From assembly GCF_036321535.1 (NCBI RefSeq), contig NC_087437.1:4402001-4466000 (forward strand): DNA of 64,000 nt. The letters are read 5' to 3'. Made by a program: the position numbers and the translations under genes. The number at the start of each line of letters is the position of its first letter. The stretch's first letter is position 1. The stretch comes from Camelus dromedarius. Lineage: Eukaryota. The notes beneath the pieces were generated by a model. That model made no database searches. It saw only the letters and a program-made list of their open reading frames with translations, and was not told where the DNA came from. Below are positions 37,481-51,360 of this stretch, in pieces.

Positions 37481-40076
37481 CCAATGAGGTCTTCAAGGAG
37501 CACGATATTTTGTCCAAAACATGGTATGAGGTGCTCCAGAGAATGGAATTACAAACCTTGCTTTCGTGTTTAGAGACGTGAACTATCCTTGCGGGGAGAG
37601 AAATTTTACATACTGGACACAATAAAAAATATCCAGTAAACCTTAAAGGGTTTTCTTTAAACTCATCAAAGAGCTTAGGCAAGAATCTCACAGAGTCTAA
37701 ATCACTTTGCAGTCTTGGGCCCTTTAAGCAGAATATCGTGTGGAAATGATATCACGATGCCCAGAAACAGCAGCCACACAACAGCTGAGGTCCTCTTTGC
37801 AGAAGGGGTAAGTGCATCCACCGTGTCTCCCTAAGGACACACTTCTACTGTGCATTTACTCCTTGAGAATAACTCAAGGGTGTGAGATAACTTCATCAGA
37901 TTTATTATTTTATGCCAACAGAAAATGCTGGGTAAAGTCATGACTTCAAAGTAAGCCCACAGCCCTTAATTCTGGTTTCAGCCTGATCTCTTGCTCTTTG
38001 GAGCTGAGCAAGCTGGCTCCCCTTTCAAGGTTTATGTGATGCCTCTAAGGCACTTGGCACTGGCTTGGGTGTCCCTAGAGCGCTCGGCACTGGCTGGGTG
38101 ACACTTAGCATACTGCCCACTCTATTACAAACCTTCTTCAGCATATCAATCCAGTGATTTTTCCAATAAGTAGGTGTGATAAAATTGGATTTCTCTGTTC
38201 CTCATTGATGTTTCTACATCAATCTCCCATTGTAACTTGAAAGAAAATACTTTAGGAATAAATTTTCTCAGGAGCAAAATGAAAGACAAATGACAAACTG
38301 GGAGAAAACTTTCCAACTCACGTAATGGGCAAGGTGATAATAGTCTTAAAATACAAAAGTTTCTTTAAAAACATAGCAAAAACCCCAATGACCCAGTTGA
38401 ATAATGGACAAAGGGCATAAATAGTTAACAGAAAAGGAATATAAATGGCTTTAAACTTGTGCAAAGATATTGTCTCATTCATAATAAGATGCAAATAGGA
38501 ACTGCTGTGTAAATTGTAAATTAATACAAACTTTTAAAATGTTAAATGCACGTGACCTTTACTCAAGAATTTCATCCCTAAGAATTTATCCTACAGATAC
38601 AATTGCATTATGATGTATATACAGGGTTACTCATTACACTATTGTTTGTAATAGCAAAAAAAAGGAAACTGCTCAAATATTTATCAATAAAGACTAGCTA
38701 CATTTTTGTAAAAAAAAAAAAGAATAAATGTTCTGTTCTTCAACAAACTTTCATCTAATGGCAAATAAATGAAAGTGTGAATCTTAAAGAATGGACTGTT
38801 CTAATGGGTTAAGGGCAATATGAGGGTAAAGAGACTGAAAGTTTGAAAGGGCCAGAAAGAATGATCCAAGTTATATTCATATGTTATGACTATGATTACT
38901 ATGATTGCTATTATTACAATAAGATATTGTACTTCAATTTTTCAAGCTCTTGGGTCTAAGAAGTTAGATGATATATAAAGCTTTCAAGTATGGTATCCAC
39001 ATTTTTATATTATACTATGTCCTAATTATTAGCATTAATGCAATTAGTCAAAAGAAATGAGAAATACTTTTAGTCAGTGGTAAATAAAGCAATGGAGCTG
39101 TTTATGGAAACCTAGTGGAAAAGTCAAACATTTATAAACATTTTACAGCTGTGCATATGCGTGTGTTATATCAGTGAAGAGAAAAATGTCTGTAGATTGA
39201 CTTAGTACCTACATCGTATCTACTATTTCATGAGGATGTTTATATCTAATTTAAGCTGCGGAAGGGGGATTGAATTTACACATGTAGGACTCATCATGGA
39301 GGCAAAAAATAAAGTCATTAAATGAATTGCATAGGATACTGACTCTTTCTGGAAATAATTCTAGTGAGTTTGGCTTAGAGAGAAACTCCTCTCAAACTAT
39401 GTTGCTCAAGTAGTTAACTGAACAATCTAATTTTTAAGATTAATTCATTCAATTTTTAAAAATTTACTTTGCAACCACCATAGGAATCACTGATTCAGGG
39501 AAGAATCATTGAGAGATTTTAACATTGTTGGGTAAAAGTGTGTTGGGAAACAGAATTTTAACACAGTTTTCAAGTTTCTCCTGACAAGTTATTATATATT
39601 GCAAAGGGCAAAAATTATACATTACAAAGGGCAAAAAAGTACAATGGTGAACACGGTGGACACTTCACCAGGTGATCAAAATTAATATCAATAGGAAGAG
39701 GATAAACTAATACCACACGCTTCCTGACATGATGCGTGAGAAAACTCAGCATCACTTATATGGTAGTCCTCCTCAAAATCCATGCTCTAGATCTAATAAT
39801 GAGGAAACTATCATATAAATCAAAACTTGGGGACAGTCTTCTAAACAACTGGCCAGTACCCCTCAAAAGCACAGAAGAACTGAGGAACCAGTCTCACGAG
39901 TCGTGACAACTAAAAGCAGTGGGTGATCTTGGATTGGGGATAAAAGTGCTATCAAGTGCCTTCAAGAGACAATAGGTAAAATTTTAATATAGACTGAAGA
40001 TTACATAATTATTCTGTTTCAATCATTGTGTTATAGTCATGTAAGACAAAGTCCTTGTTATTAGGAAATACACACC

Positions 40077-40164
40077 AGGAGGGTGGGTATAGCTCAGTGG
40101 TAGAGCACACTTGTAGCATGCAAGAGGTCCTGGGTTCAATCCCCAGTACCTCCATTAAAAAAAA
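40077..40164 (+). mobile_element. tRNA-derived SINE (vic-1-like) inside an old L1 relic
   Basis: A and B boxes, flanking duplication gaaata(c/t)aca. Confidence 0.88.
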
Positions 40165-40954
40165 AGAAATATACATGATATATTATGGGGCAGAGGGTCT
40201 TAAAGTCAGTAACCTACTCTCAAATGTTCAGCAGAATTAATTCAGAGAGAAAGAGAGGGGAGAGGGAAAAACTATTGCAATATCCTTGCTACTTTTTTAT
40301 TATGTCTACTGCGTGGCAGACAATATGTCAGGCACTAGAAATAACAGATTAAAGAAATAGTTCTTTTCTTCAGAGGACTTGGAGCACTCATGGAGAGAAA
40401 GAGATGGATAAATTACAATATCATGGAGTGAACAATATAATATCGAAATCCCTGCAAGGTCCTGAGGATCACGGTGGGTGACCATCTCCCATCACTTGGT
40501 TGAAAGCTTCCCAGAGCAAGATATCGTTGGAGCTGAGACTTGAAGGATGAGTAGAAATTTGCAAGTGAGCAAGAGGAGAAAGGGCATTCCAGGCAGGAGG
40601 ACAGCGTGTGCAAGGATGGCGGAGAAGGGTTAGACAGCCCAAACGGGCTCATCCAATGCCTCCGGAGCTAAGGTTTGGCATGCAGGGGACTTGTTAAGGG
40701 GACGTGGTGCTCACACACCTGTGCTGTCTAAGGTATGGTGGGTCTAATGGAGACCTTGGTTTTCCGAAATGCCTGAGACAAGGTGGGATGGAAGAGGACC
40801 TGGACAGAGTTTCTCAGTCTGCAACCATAAAGCTCCTTCACTTCATTTAATTAGACCAACAGTGCTTTCTATACCAGTCTCCTTCAAGGTGTCTGTTCTT
40901 TCCCTGTAGACCCCTCAACAATAAAATGAAAAGTTATCCACCTCTAATGATCTA

Positions 40955-41145
40955 GGCCAGGGGCTCCCAGACGTGAGCATTGTGTCAGCATCGCCCAGAG
41001 GACCTGCCAAAGCCCATCTTCCCAGACCTCACCCCAGAGTTTCTGGTTCACTAGGTCTGGGGTGGGACCTGAGATTCTGCAACTTTAACAAGCTCCTGGT
41101 TGATAATGATGCTGTTGGTCCGTGGACCACACTTTGAAAACCTCT
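40955..41145. mobile_element. MER5A-like relic
   Basis: ggtctggggtgggacctgagattctgc...ggaccacactttga. Confidence 0.7.
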
Positions 41146-43252
41146 TTTCTATGAGTTTAGCATGCAATGGTTCCCACTCAGGCAGAGGTCCGCTTCAGCT
41201 ACCTTCAACGGCATCTCTGGCTCCACATGGAGAAAACCAAGTGTCTATGATCAACTAAGTGGGAAAAGATGATCAATTAAAGACTGTTTTCTTTATAGAG
41301 ACATGACTAAGAGGTAAGCAGAAGCTTCAAAATTTGGACAGAAGACCCGATGCAAATGTGCAAAATTAATTTAACACATTTTAAATTGCTTTCTATTTTA
41401 TTTCTTTATTTTATTTTATTTTATTCTCTGAAACCCGGAGATATGTTCTCTTTTCATTTTATATTTTTTCTGGTCACTTAAGCAGGGTTATTTTAAGCAC
41501 TGTATTTTGAGCTTTCTCACAAGACAGTCCTGTTGTGTACCACATCTGGGCAACAGGAAGTTCCAGAAGGCAAACAATTGGGGGACATGAACAGATTCTT
41601 CTATATACATCACATTAGAAGCCACGTAGTATGTTTGACAGTTGAAAACAGAAACGAAAGGTTAGCCTTAATGTATTGCATAAACGTTAACGTTTGCTTT
41701 CTGCGCCCATTCACAGATCTCACGGCGGCTTGGATATATACACAGCTTTGGGGTAGAATATTTGTGGGAGGCTGTGTCAAACATTTCAGTGACAATTAAT
41801 GTGTTATTAGGCTCAGGAAAAAAATAAGAAGATGCGGAATCACGGAGCATCCTTCCAGGAAGGGGTAAGGATTACAGTGCCGGAGCTCAACAAACAGCAC
41901 GCGGAGGGCGCGATAAACAGGGCTGATGACGCTGCTGCTCCCACTGGCTGTGCTGATTACAAGGTTGGCACACAGTTCATTTGTGAGGTGTTTAAAATTG
42001 TGGAACCAAACAAAATCTCGGCTGTTGGGCAGTTTTCAACTATCCTAGGCACTCTGCATATCCCGATTTCTCTAGTTTCCCATAATGCCTGGTTCTACCT
42101 CAATTATGCCACTTGCCATATTACTTGTCTTTGTCTACTTGACTGTGTCCCTGTCTTGACTTAGCCCCTCCTGGGCTGTGGACACACAGAGGGTGGAGCC
42201 TTGGCCTGAGAAGTCTTTGTAGTGCTAGATACCTTGAAGCCAGCTGATAAATCTTTTCCTCTTACTATCACTGTATAAGTGATTGGACAGAGTGCTGAAC
42301 GATTCTGTTCAAAGAAAAAAGAATATTTACTCAAACTCTTTCAACTGGGGGGTGGCTTATAAACTCTATTTCCCCAGCATTTCATGAGCTCAGACTCATC
42401 AGAGAAAAGGGAATGACTAGCCTATCTTTCTGAGGCATTTCATTCAGGAAGGATGCCTCAGTCCACGAGGCAGATAAGGCCTTTCCAAAGACCTGGGCGG
42501 GTCTGGGCTCTCTGACACGCAGTGTGACCTGTCACCAGGAAACACAGAGCAGGCCAGGGGGTGAACAAGAGTGAGATGTGATGACCCTCTGCAATTGTCT
42601 AGGCTAGCATCCTGGACCCAGTCCTTTTTTTCTTGCATGTCCTTTAAGAAGAAGGTTGCTCCAGACACTGGCGAGAAAGCGTAGTATAGAGCAGGGAAAA
42701 TTGCACAGAATTTGACTTTGAATTTCCTGGCTCAAGACTCAGCCCTGCCACATCTTTGTTACGTGGCTTCCTGGAAGTCATCTGAACTCTCTAAACCTCA
42801 GTTCCATCAGCATAAAAGAAAGACAATGTTATCTTGCCATCTCTACTCGGCGGGGCTCTTGTGAAGTCGTCGCAAGCTAATGGGGGAGGAAGAATTTTGT
42901 AAAAAGCCAGAAAACCTTGAGAGGTTACCATCACTTTTGTCAAGCAATAATCTACGGAGCAAAATCACCTAAATATAGTCTGTCCTCATTGACAAGACCA
43001 AACCTCACCATTTTCTATTCCAAGAGAAATGTGTTGCTTGAATCCAGGGGCTGTGACTACGTGTTTGTTTCATTAAGCCTAGAAAGTAACCACGCTAGGA
43101 TGAAAGCGAGATTTTGGACTGTAACAGACATTTTAGACCAGGGAGAGAAGACTCTCTAAATCAAAGGAGTGGGGTGCCAGGTGTGCCACCAAGCTGGTGG
43201 CCCTGTGGTCATCTGGGTGAGATAAGCTCTTGTTAACTAGCTGACTATGTTC

Positions 43253-44112
43253 TTTTTTTTTTTAATTGAAATATAGTTGGTTTACAAAGTTGGGTTAATA
43301 TCTGGTGTACAGCATAATGATTCATTTATACATATATATATATTCCTTTTCATACTCTTTTTCATTATACATTATTTACAACATACTGACTATAGTCCCC
43401 TGTGCTATACATTAAGACCTTGTTGTTTATCTATTTTATATTTAGTATCTACAAATTCCAAACTCCCAATTTATCCCTCCTCACCCCCTTTCCCCCTGGT
43501 AATCACAAGTTTGTTTTCTATGTCTGTGAATCTGTCTCTGTTTTGTAAATAAGTTCATTTGTGTTCTTTTTTCCCCCACATATAAGTAATATCATATGGT
43601 ATTTTTCTTTCTCTTTCTAGTTTACTTCACTTAGAATGACAATCTCTAGGTCCATCCATGTTGCTGCAAATGGCATTATTTTATTCTTTTTTATGGCTGA
43701 TATATATATATATATCTCATATCTTTCTTATCCAGACATCTGTCAATGGACATTTAGGTTGTTTCCATGTCTTGGCTATTGTAAATTGTGCTGCTATAAA
43801 CACTGGGGTGCATGTGTCTTTTTGAATTAAGGTTCCCTCTGGATATGTTCCCAGGAGTGGGGTTGCTGGATCATATGGTAACCCTATTTTTAGTTTTTTG
43901 GGGAATCGCCACACTGTTTTCCACAGTGGCTGCACCAAATTACGTTCCCACCAAAAGTGTAGGAGGGTTCCCTTTTCTCCACACTCTCTCTCCAGCATTT
44001 ATCGTTTGTGGACTTTTTAATAATGGCCATTCTGACTGATGTGAGGTGAAGGTAGTTTTGACTTGTCTTTCTCTGGAAATTAGTGATATTGAGCACTTTT
44101 TCATGTGTCTAT
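43253..44112 (-). mobile_element. 5'-truncated L1
   Basis: Poly(T) at the left end and ORF2 C-terminal peptide (43717..43998). A further minus-strand L1 tail lies at ~44272-44385. Confidence 0.88.
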
Positions 44113-44939
44113 TTAGCTGTCTGTGTTTTTTGAGCTAAATTGTTCCCTTTTGTCTCCAGGACTTCCTCTTAAAATAACTAAGGGCTTAAAATAATTAATT
44201 CTTTGTATCTTTTTGAATACATTAGTTTATAATAAAATTTTTATTATTTCTGCCAGTTTTATTGAGGTATATATTTTTTAACATTTTTGTTGATTTATAA
44301 TCACTTTACAATGTTGTGTCAAATTCCAGTATAGAGCACAATTTTTCAGTTATACATGAACATACATACATTCATCGTCACATTGTAATAAAATTTTTAA
44401 GACAAATTTTAAAAATACCCATTAAATCTGGCAGCACAAATCCATCCAGCTCTCAGAATGATGATGTTTCTTTATAGACCGTGGGATGCACTGGCTCAGG
44501 TACAAACCTTTCTAAAGTTTACATAGTTATCATCTGCAGACTGAGATGATGTTAATTCTTCCTTCCCTCTTCCTAGAAGTCTGCATGCCATTCCTCAGCC
44601 CCAGTACATGATGTGCACACGTGCCCACACTCCCATACAAACACACACACCTGGCACCTCTTATTCATCTTGTAAATCCAGCTCAAATGTCACCTCGCTA
44701 GCTCAAGCCTGAAAGGAAATTACTCTCTGTCCTGTGCTTCCTCTGAACCTCGTATGCTTGTTTCAATGAACTGGGATTTGTTAAGACTGAGTCTTCATCA
44801 CCGATCTATGCTCAGCACCTCGGACAGTTCCCTTCTCTGCTCATTCTTTTTTCTTTTTTTTCTTTTTTCTCCCTTCTGTCCTTCTTCCTTCCCTCCCTCC
44901 CCTCTTTTCTCCCAGTTCATGCAGCTGCCCCCATGCTTG

Positions 44940-45822
44940 TCATAACACAGCCCCCAACCATGCAGTTCTCATTAACTCCTCTCTTGTCCACACACCCTAA
45001 ACCCAAACTCTCAGGAAATCCCCTTGGCTCTGCCTCTAAAGCTGTAGGTCTAGAAACAGATCCTCTCCACTCCTACTGCAAACAGCCTGGGTCAAGCCAC
45101 TGTCACCTTTCTTGCTTGATTACTACAACCTTCACCGGTCTCCCTGCTTTTAACTTTTCTTCCAGAAGTCAATTCTCAACACATATCCAGGGAAGTCCTT
45201 TAAAAACCTAGTCATCACCACACAAATCCTTCCAGTGCCTCCTTGCTTTACTCAGAGTAAAAAGACAAAATTAAAATAGGCTAGAAGACCTATATTCCAG
45301 TCCCCAGTTTTCTCTTTGACTCATCTCTTACCTTGTTTTGGGGGGTTTTATTTTTTACCGTGTTCATTATACTCTGATCACATTAGCCTACTGGCTGTTC
45401 TTCAAAAAAGCCAGTTACACTCACTGGTTAGGGTCTCTGCACATACTATTTCTTCCATCTGGAACACCATTCCCCATATGCCCACATGGCCAGTTCCCTC
45501 GCCTCCCTCAATCTTTGCTCAATGTCACCATCTCAGAAAGGTCCACCCCAGCCTTCTACTTAGAAGTACTACCCACCTTCGTCCCCTCAGCACACCCAAC
45601 CCCGTCCCTGCCCCGCATTTCCTCCCTTCCCATGGCTCCTATCAACTCCTAATGTGCTTTATAATATTTATCATGGTTTTTATTAATTATCTATTGTCAT
45701 ATCCCCACCCTCAGCTGGACTATAACACCATGAGGCATCTTTTTGTTTCCATTCTGTATCCCCAGCACCTGGCATATAGTAGGTCCTCAAGCCACTCAAA
45801 TATTTGTTGCATAAATTCATTT
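44940..45822. mobile_element. L2-like relic
   Basis: Pyrimidine-rich sequence ending cctggcatatagtaggtcctcaa...tatttgttg, a typical L2 3' end. Confidence 0.6.
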
Positions 45823-46194
45823 GCTCAGGAAAAAATGACTTCCTGTTCTTAAGGGAGAACGTTCTGTACAAAAAAGTTAGAGGTCCTCTGGGGAAATTGG
45901 TGCCCCCTAGACCATTATTTTTCAATAAAAGGAGGACCAAGCCAACTGGGTCCATGTCTACATTTTAATTAGAGGTATATTTTTAATTCATCTGTGTTAA
46001 AAATATAATCAGAACAAACAGCATAAAACTAAAAATTTGGCAAATTTGCAGAATGAGTAAAACCAGATCATGGGCACCATATTTGAAAGGGACTTGATGT
46101 GAGACCTTTGAGAAATTGAGGCTGGAGCTAGTCTGTGACCAGCCCATGCCCAAGCTGGGGGATAGATGCAGCTGGAATGGTGACTTTTTTAAAA

Positions 46195-46800
46195 CACATA
46201 TATCCAGAGGAAACTCTAATTCAAAAATATACATGCACCCCAGTGTTCACAGCAGCATTATTTACAATAGCCAAGACATGGAAGCAACCTAAATGTCCAT
46301 GGACAAATGAATGTATAAAGAAGTTGTGGTATATTTATATAATGGAATATTACTCAGCCATGAAAAAGAGCGAAATACTGCCATTTGTAGCAACATGGAT
46401 GGACTGGAGATGATCATACTAAAATACCATATGATATCACTTGTATGTGGAATCTAAAAAAATAACACAAATGAACTTATTTACAAAACAGACTCACAGA
46501 CATAGACAACAAACTTATGGTTACCGGGGGGAAAGGAGGTGGAGGGATAAAGTGGGAGTTTGGGATTTCTAGATACACAGTACTGTATATAAAATACATA
46601 AACAACAGGCACATAGTGTATGGCACAGGAAACTATATTCAATACCTTGAAAATGGCCTATAATGAAATAGAATGTGAAAAGGAATATATATATATATAC
46701 ATGTATAAATGAATCACTATGCTGTACACCAGAAACTAACACAACATTGTAAGCCAACTATACTTCAATGAAAGAAAAACCAAAAACTAAAATTGAAAAA
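46195..46800 (+). mobile_element. 5'-truncated L1
   Basis: ORF2-end peptide (46135..46413) and 3' UTR motifs. Confidence 0.88.
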
Positions 46801-47515
46801 TTAAAGAATAAAACTCACAGCCACAAAAATTTTCTTAGCTCAAATGTAAGAAACAAGATAAGGTTGGAAAGTTTGGGCAAAACAATTTCCTTCCCGTATG
46901 ATCTTTTTAAAAGGAGTCATTGTGTTTTTAAGGTCAGGATATTTCAGGCCAAAATATCAGGCAGACAATATTCAGTTTCACTTCTAAATGACTAAATGAT
47001 CTAAATGACTCTGTAATGTAATGTAAAGTCACACCTGCAAACTGTGAAAATGGAGACAGGGTCCCACCCCTCCTGGCCAGTGGCAGAAGAAACCCAGCCT
47101 TAAACCTTCCAATGCCCACTCCTGTGAGTCAGAAACCACCAGAAAGAGCTCTGTGATGGCAGAATAATTTCAAAGGCCTGGGGGCTACACACTCAGGGGC
47201 TGAAACAAAAAAAAGGGTCCTTCTGTATTTTGTGTTCCCAGGGCCTGTTTCTTAGCCTCAAGAATCAATACAAAAAAGAATTAAAAGGTGATAGATTTAT
47301 CTTTCTTTTGTAGAATCTGTGGAAGAATTCTCAGCCAGTAGTTAATAATTCTTTCACCCCCACACCTTAATAGTCATCACCATCCCTGTGTTTGTTCCGC
47401 GAATTGAAATGTAGAACTCTCAGTCCCGGTTCTCTAAAGATTGCACACAAAATCTAATCCTGATCAATTTCACAGTAATTTCTTGAAGTGCTTTATAAAA
47501 ATAAACATTCTAAGC

Positions 47516-47665
47516 GGGGAGGGTATAGCTCAGTGGTAGAGTTTATGCTTGCCATGCACAAGGTCTTGGGTTCAATTCCCAGAGCCTCCGTTAAAAAAAC
47601 TAAATTAAAAAAATATGTAAATAAACCTAATTACCTCCCCTCTAAAAAAAAATAAAAATAAATTT
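47516..47665 (+). mobile_element. tRNA-derived SINE (vic-1-like)
   Basis: ggggagggtatagctcagtggtagag...gggttcaattccc...aaacctaattacctcccc tail. Confidence 0.9.
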
Positions 47666-50600
47666 TAGAAAAAAATTCTTGAACTCTAGTAAGTGATACA
47701 CATGCTGCAATATTTAGGGAGAAGCATGCTGATGTTGATAATTTACTTTAAAATGCATTTTAAAAAAATAGATTAATGGATAGACAGAAGGATGGATATA
47801 TGATTGAACAACTATATTAAAACGTAATGGTGATTCTGGGTGAGGCGTATACATGCATACCCTGTGGATTTTAAAGATTTTGCCATGTTTGAAATTTTTC
47901 ATAAACAATTCAAATAATCATTTAAGTGATTTATCAAAATTGTGTATGGTAGTCAAATTATATTAACCCTGGCAAGCTAGACAGAAGAAAACAACTCCTG
48001 CTTCCAACTCAAAATTCCCCCATTGCCCTGGGAATGCTCTGAGTGGGAGTCATTTTTCACCTGAGTTTTCTATCTCTGCTAAGCTTATTCGTTCATTAAA
48101 TATTTAGTGTTTTCTCTTTCCTTTGGTCTTTAACCACACTACACTAATCTTCACTTTCAAAGTCTCCCAAAGATTTGCACCAATGAAATAAGTCCTGGAA
48201 CTTACGTGAGTCCCCACAACTTAAGTCAGTTTCCCCTGTCCACACAGATGGTAAATTTCAGGCACAGATCTCAAAATATTTCACAGCTTCCTGCTCAGTA
48301 AAAGCTCAGAGACTTACAGACTGCTTTATCATAGTTTTCTTTGTAGAGGTTACTCTTTCTCTGTATCTAACAGATAACTCTTTGGGTTTTTACTCTGTGT
48401 CTTTATCCCCATCTCAGTTTCTCTCCATCTCTTTGCTGTCCGTGGTCTCTCAGTCTCTATCTCTTTCTCCTCTCTCTGTCTATGTCTCTCTGTCTCTCTC
48501 TGCCTGGAAATGAAAGAGAAGCAGTGCATTTGCAAAAATAAATGGAAACAAACTAGAGTTCCCACCTACAGAAAACTCCCTGGGAAAGAGAATTTCCTCT
48601 TACCTGGCAGAACCTTTCTGGTTGATCCTTTCAATTGCTCCTTCTTGTCTTCATCCCTTAAGAAGCTGTTTAAGCCTCAGGGATTCCCTAGAGTACCGAA
48701 AGGCTCAAGGGCACATGACATTCCAGCTTTTCCAGTGTTTAATACACTCCTTGGGGAAAGGGAGGGGGGCCAGGGGAGGAGCAAAGACTGTGTTTATGCT
48801 GGTGGACACATCACTTGTGCTCACACAGGCTTTTTATTGCCGTTATGTAAAAATGGTCCTTCATTCTGGAAACACTGGTCTTAAAAATGAGCACAAATTG
48901 ACACAACGTTGTAAACTGTAAACACTGTAATTTTTTTACTTCAATTTAAAAAAAGGTCATATTCATACTAAGCCTCAATAAATAATTTCTAAAACTCAAA
49001 AGAAAAATGGAGGTAGAAGTCAAAAGAACTAAAATGACAAGTTACCTAAGCAAAAGAGGTCCTAATTTTCTGGTTAACGTTTTTTAAATCATTTGAAAAC
49101 AATAGGATTATGAGGCAATACATATAACATAGCTGCAATTCAAAGCTGAATTATTAGCATCCCTTTAACTTATAAAAGTGGAGTGGTCTTTTACAAGTAT
49201 AAGTATCTTACACCCAGTAGACTGTTGGTTGTCTTTGTGGGCACCAATAAAAAGAAAATGAAAACACAAAAATAAAAATTGAGTAAAAGCATGCCAGGGA
49301 GAACATTCTCCAAAAATAGTAGTAATAACAATAAAGTAATATAAATGAAACTAGTCTTTTTAATTTTAATTGAGATTTCTTAGAATTAAAAATCATCATA
49401 ATCATTCCTAATTCATTGTTTAGTCTCCACCTAAAGTCTCTAGACTATAAGCTCCTTGAGAGCAGGGACTGGGTACCATTCATCTTTGGGTGGTACATAT
49501 TCCCAGGATCTCCCTAGCAAAGAGCCTTGCCCATATCAAGTCTCAAAGCAGCATGTGAGATGGATGCATGGATGGAAGTATTAATGAACTGAACACTGAC
49601 AAACACTCCCTGCATAGATAACCTTTACTCAGTCAGGTGGAGCTCCAGTGTCTGTATTCCTCCTGGATGCTCTAAACTAGCCCACAGATTAGAGATTAGG
49701 ATGGAGTCAAAGGAAATATAGAAGGTTTTCCATATGTGTATGTGTGAGTGAGGGTAAGAGTCCAGCTACTACAGCATGAGACCTAACAATAGTAGGGTTA
49801 AAGAACAAAGAAAGTCATTCCCCTCTCAAATAGTTCAGTCCAAGGTGGGTATTCCAGGTCCGAGAGCGGCTTTCCTCCGTGTAGTCATTCAGGGACCCAG
49901 GCTAATGCAGACACACCGTACTCAACATGCAGCACCTGAGGGGTCTGTACAGAGCACCAGGGTAGCAAGCAGGCAGAGCAAACAAGCTAAATCCAGAGCC
50001 TTCCTCCTAAACACTGTGGAAGGCTGGGTTGGTTTCCTTCCCCATTGTTTCCACTGCTAAATTGTGAGCTCATCACAGACAGAAATTCTATCTCATTTGC
50101 AATAACTGGCACATAGCAGGGTCTCAGTAAATATTTGCAGAGTAAATAAATGGCAAATAATGGCCTTGATACTATACCTCAACGCCAAAAGACCTTCTCC
50201 AACTCCTTGTAACGGACATGACATTTCCATCTTAACTCAGCCCGTGACGTCTGACTATAAAAGTCATGTAGTTATTCTAAGAGAGACCCTGATCAAGTGT
50301 ATATCCGATTAGCAAGAGAGGAAGAATCTCTTCTGTGAAGTTGTGGTGGGAAAATGCTTTTGTTAGTTGAAAAAAGAACAAGAGAAAACTTGTTCTCTAA
50401 AATCATACTTTCAGAAACTTTGCTGTTTGAAGGCACATTTAGTGAGAATGAAACACCTCTCTGTTGCCTAAAGGATCCAAGTCCTTTTAACACAGAAAAA
50501 CAGCTTCAATTTCCATCCCAAGTGCAGAGCTTCAGATAACAGGTTTTCACACAACATTCCACATTTATCTTAACTTGGTCGCTTCCAAGGAAACAGGACC

Positions 50601-51360
50601 CTGGGTTCTCACTTCAGCCCAGGCCTGGTGTCACCTCTGTAAACATGGCCCTGCTTTGCTGTGAGCCATCACAACACTGCTTTATTGAAATTTTACCTAA
50701 ACCTCACTCCTCCCCTAAATACAATAACCAGCCTGTGTCTTTGTCTGGTGAGGCACCCCAGCATCCTCTGGTGTGTGGTCCCCTTGCTCAGGAAGTCGAA
50801 CTTTGTTGGACAGCACATGTGTCCTTGGTAATCTTTATCCAAAGGACTTTATCACCTCTGCTAATTTGTAGCACAGATTAACTTCTCAAGGTTGCTATCC
50901 AGTACCATGAAAAGCACCTAGAGACAGACATTGAGAAAACTACGCAGGTGACCTTCAGCTAGGAGCTAACTCACAATTTTTTTTCATTTTAAATATTTAT
51001 ATTTATTCTTTCAAGTGGTTTCACAATGGTTGACTATATTTAGCTGATATATGAGTCAACACTTAGTCAAGTTTTATCTAAAATTTTGCCAGGTATGTTG
51101 GAAAAATAATGGAGTTACTGTCTGCAGAGAAGTAGAAGGATTCCTGTTTTGCAGATTGACAGGTGCAGTTGTGAAGTTAAATCAGAGAGAGTCAACTGAA
51201 ACAGACTTTCTTACTTTCCTTTTCCTCATTGACAACCAGTTTCTCTAAGGACTTTTTACAAGTCAATGGCAGAGGGCAAACCCTCAATGTTCTGAAACTA
51301 AATCTCTAATACTTAATTTTAATATCCCCTACCCTACACTTCATCAACTAATAAAGGTCC

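Noticed and set aside
45316..45852. 178-aa ORF
   Set aside because: Lies within an L2-like relic, has a non-ATG start and a low-complexity composition.
18277..47600. tRNA-Ala-like sequences with A and B boxes
   Set aside because: They have A-rich tails, target duplications and many substitutions, so they are SINEs and not tRNA genes.
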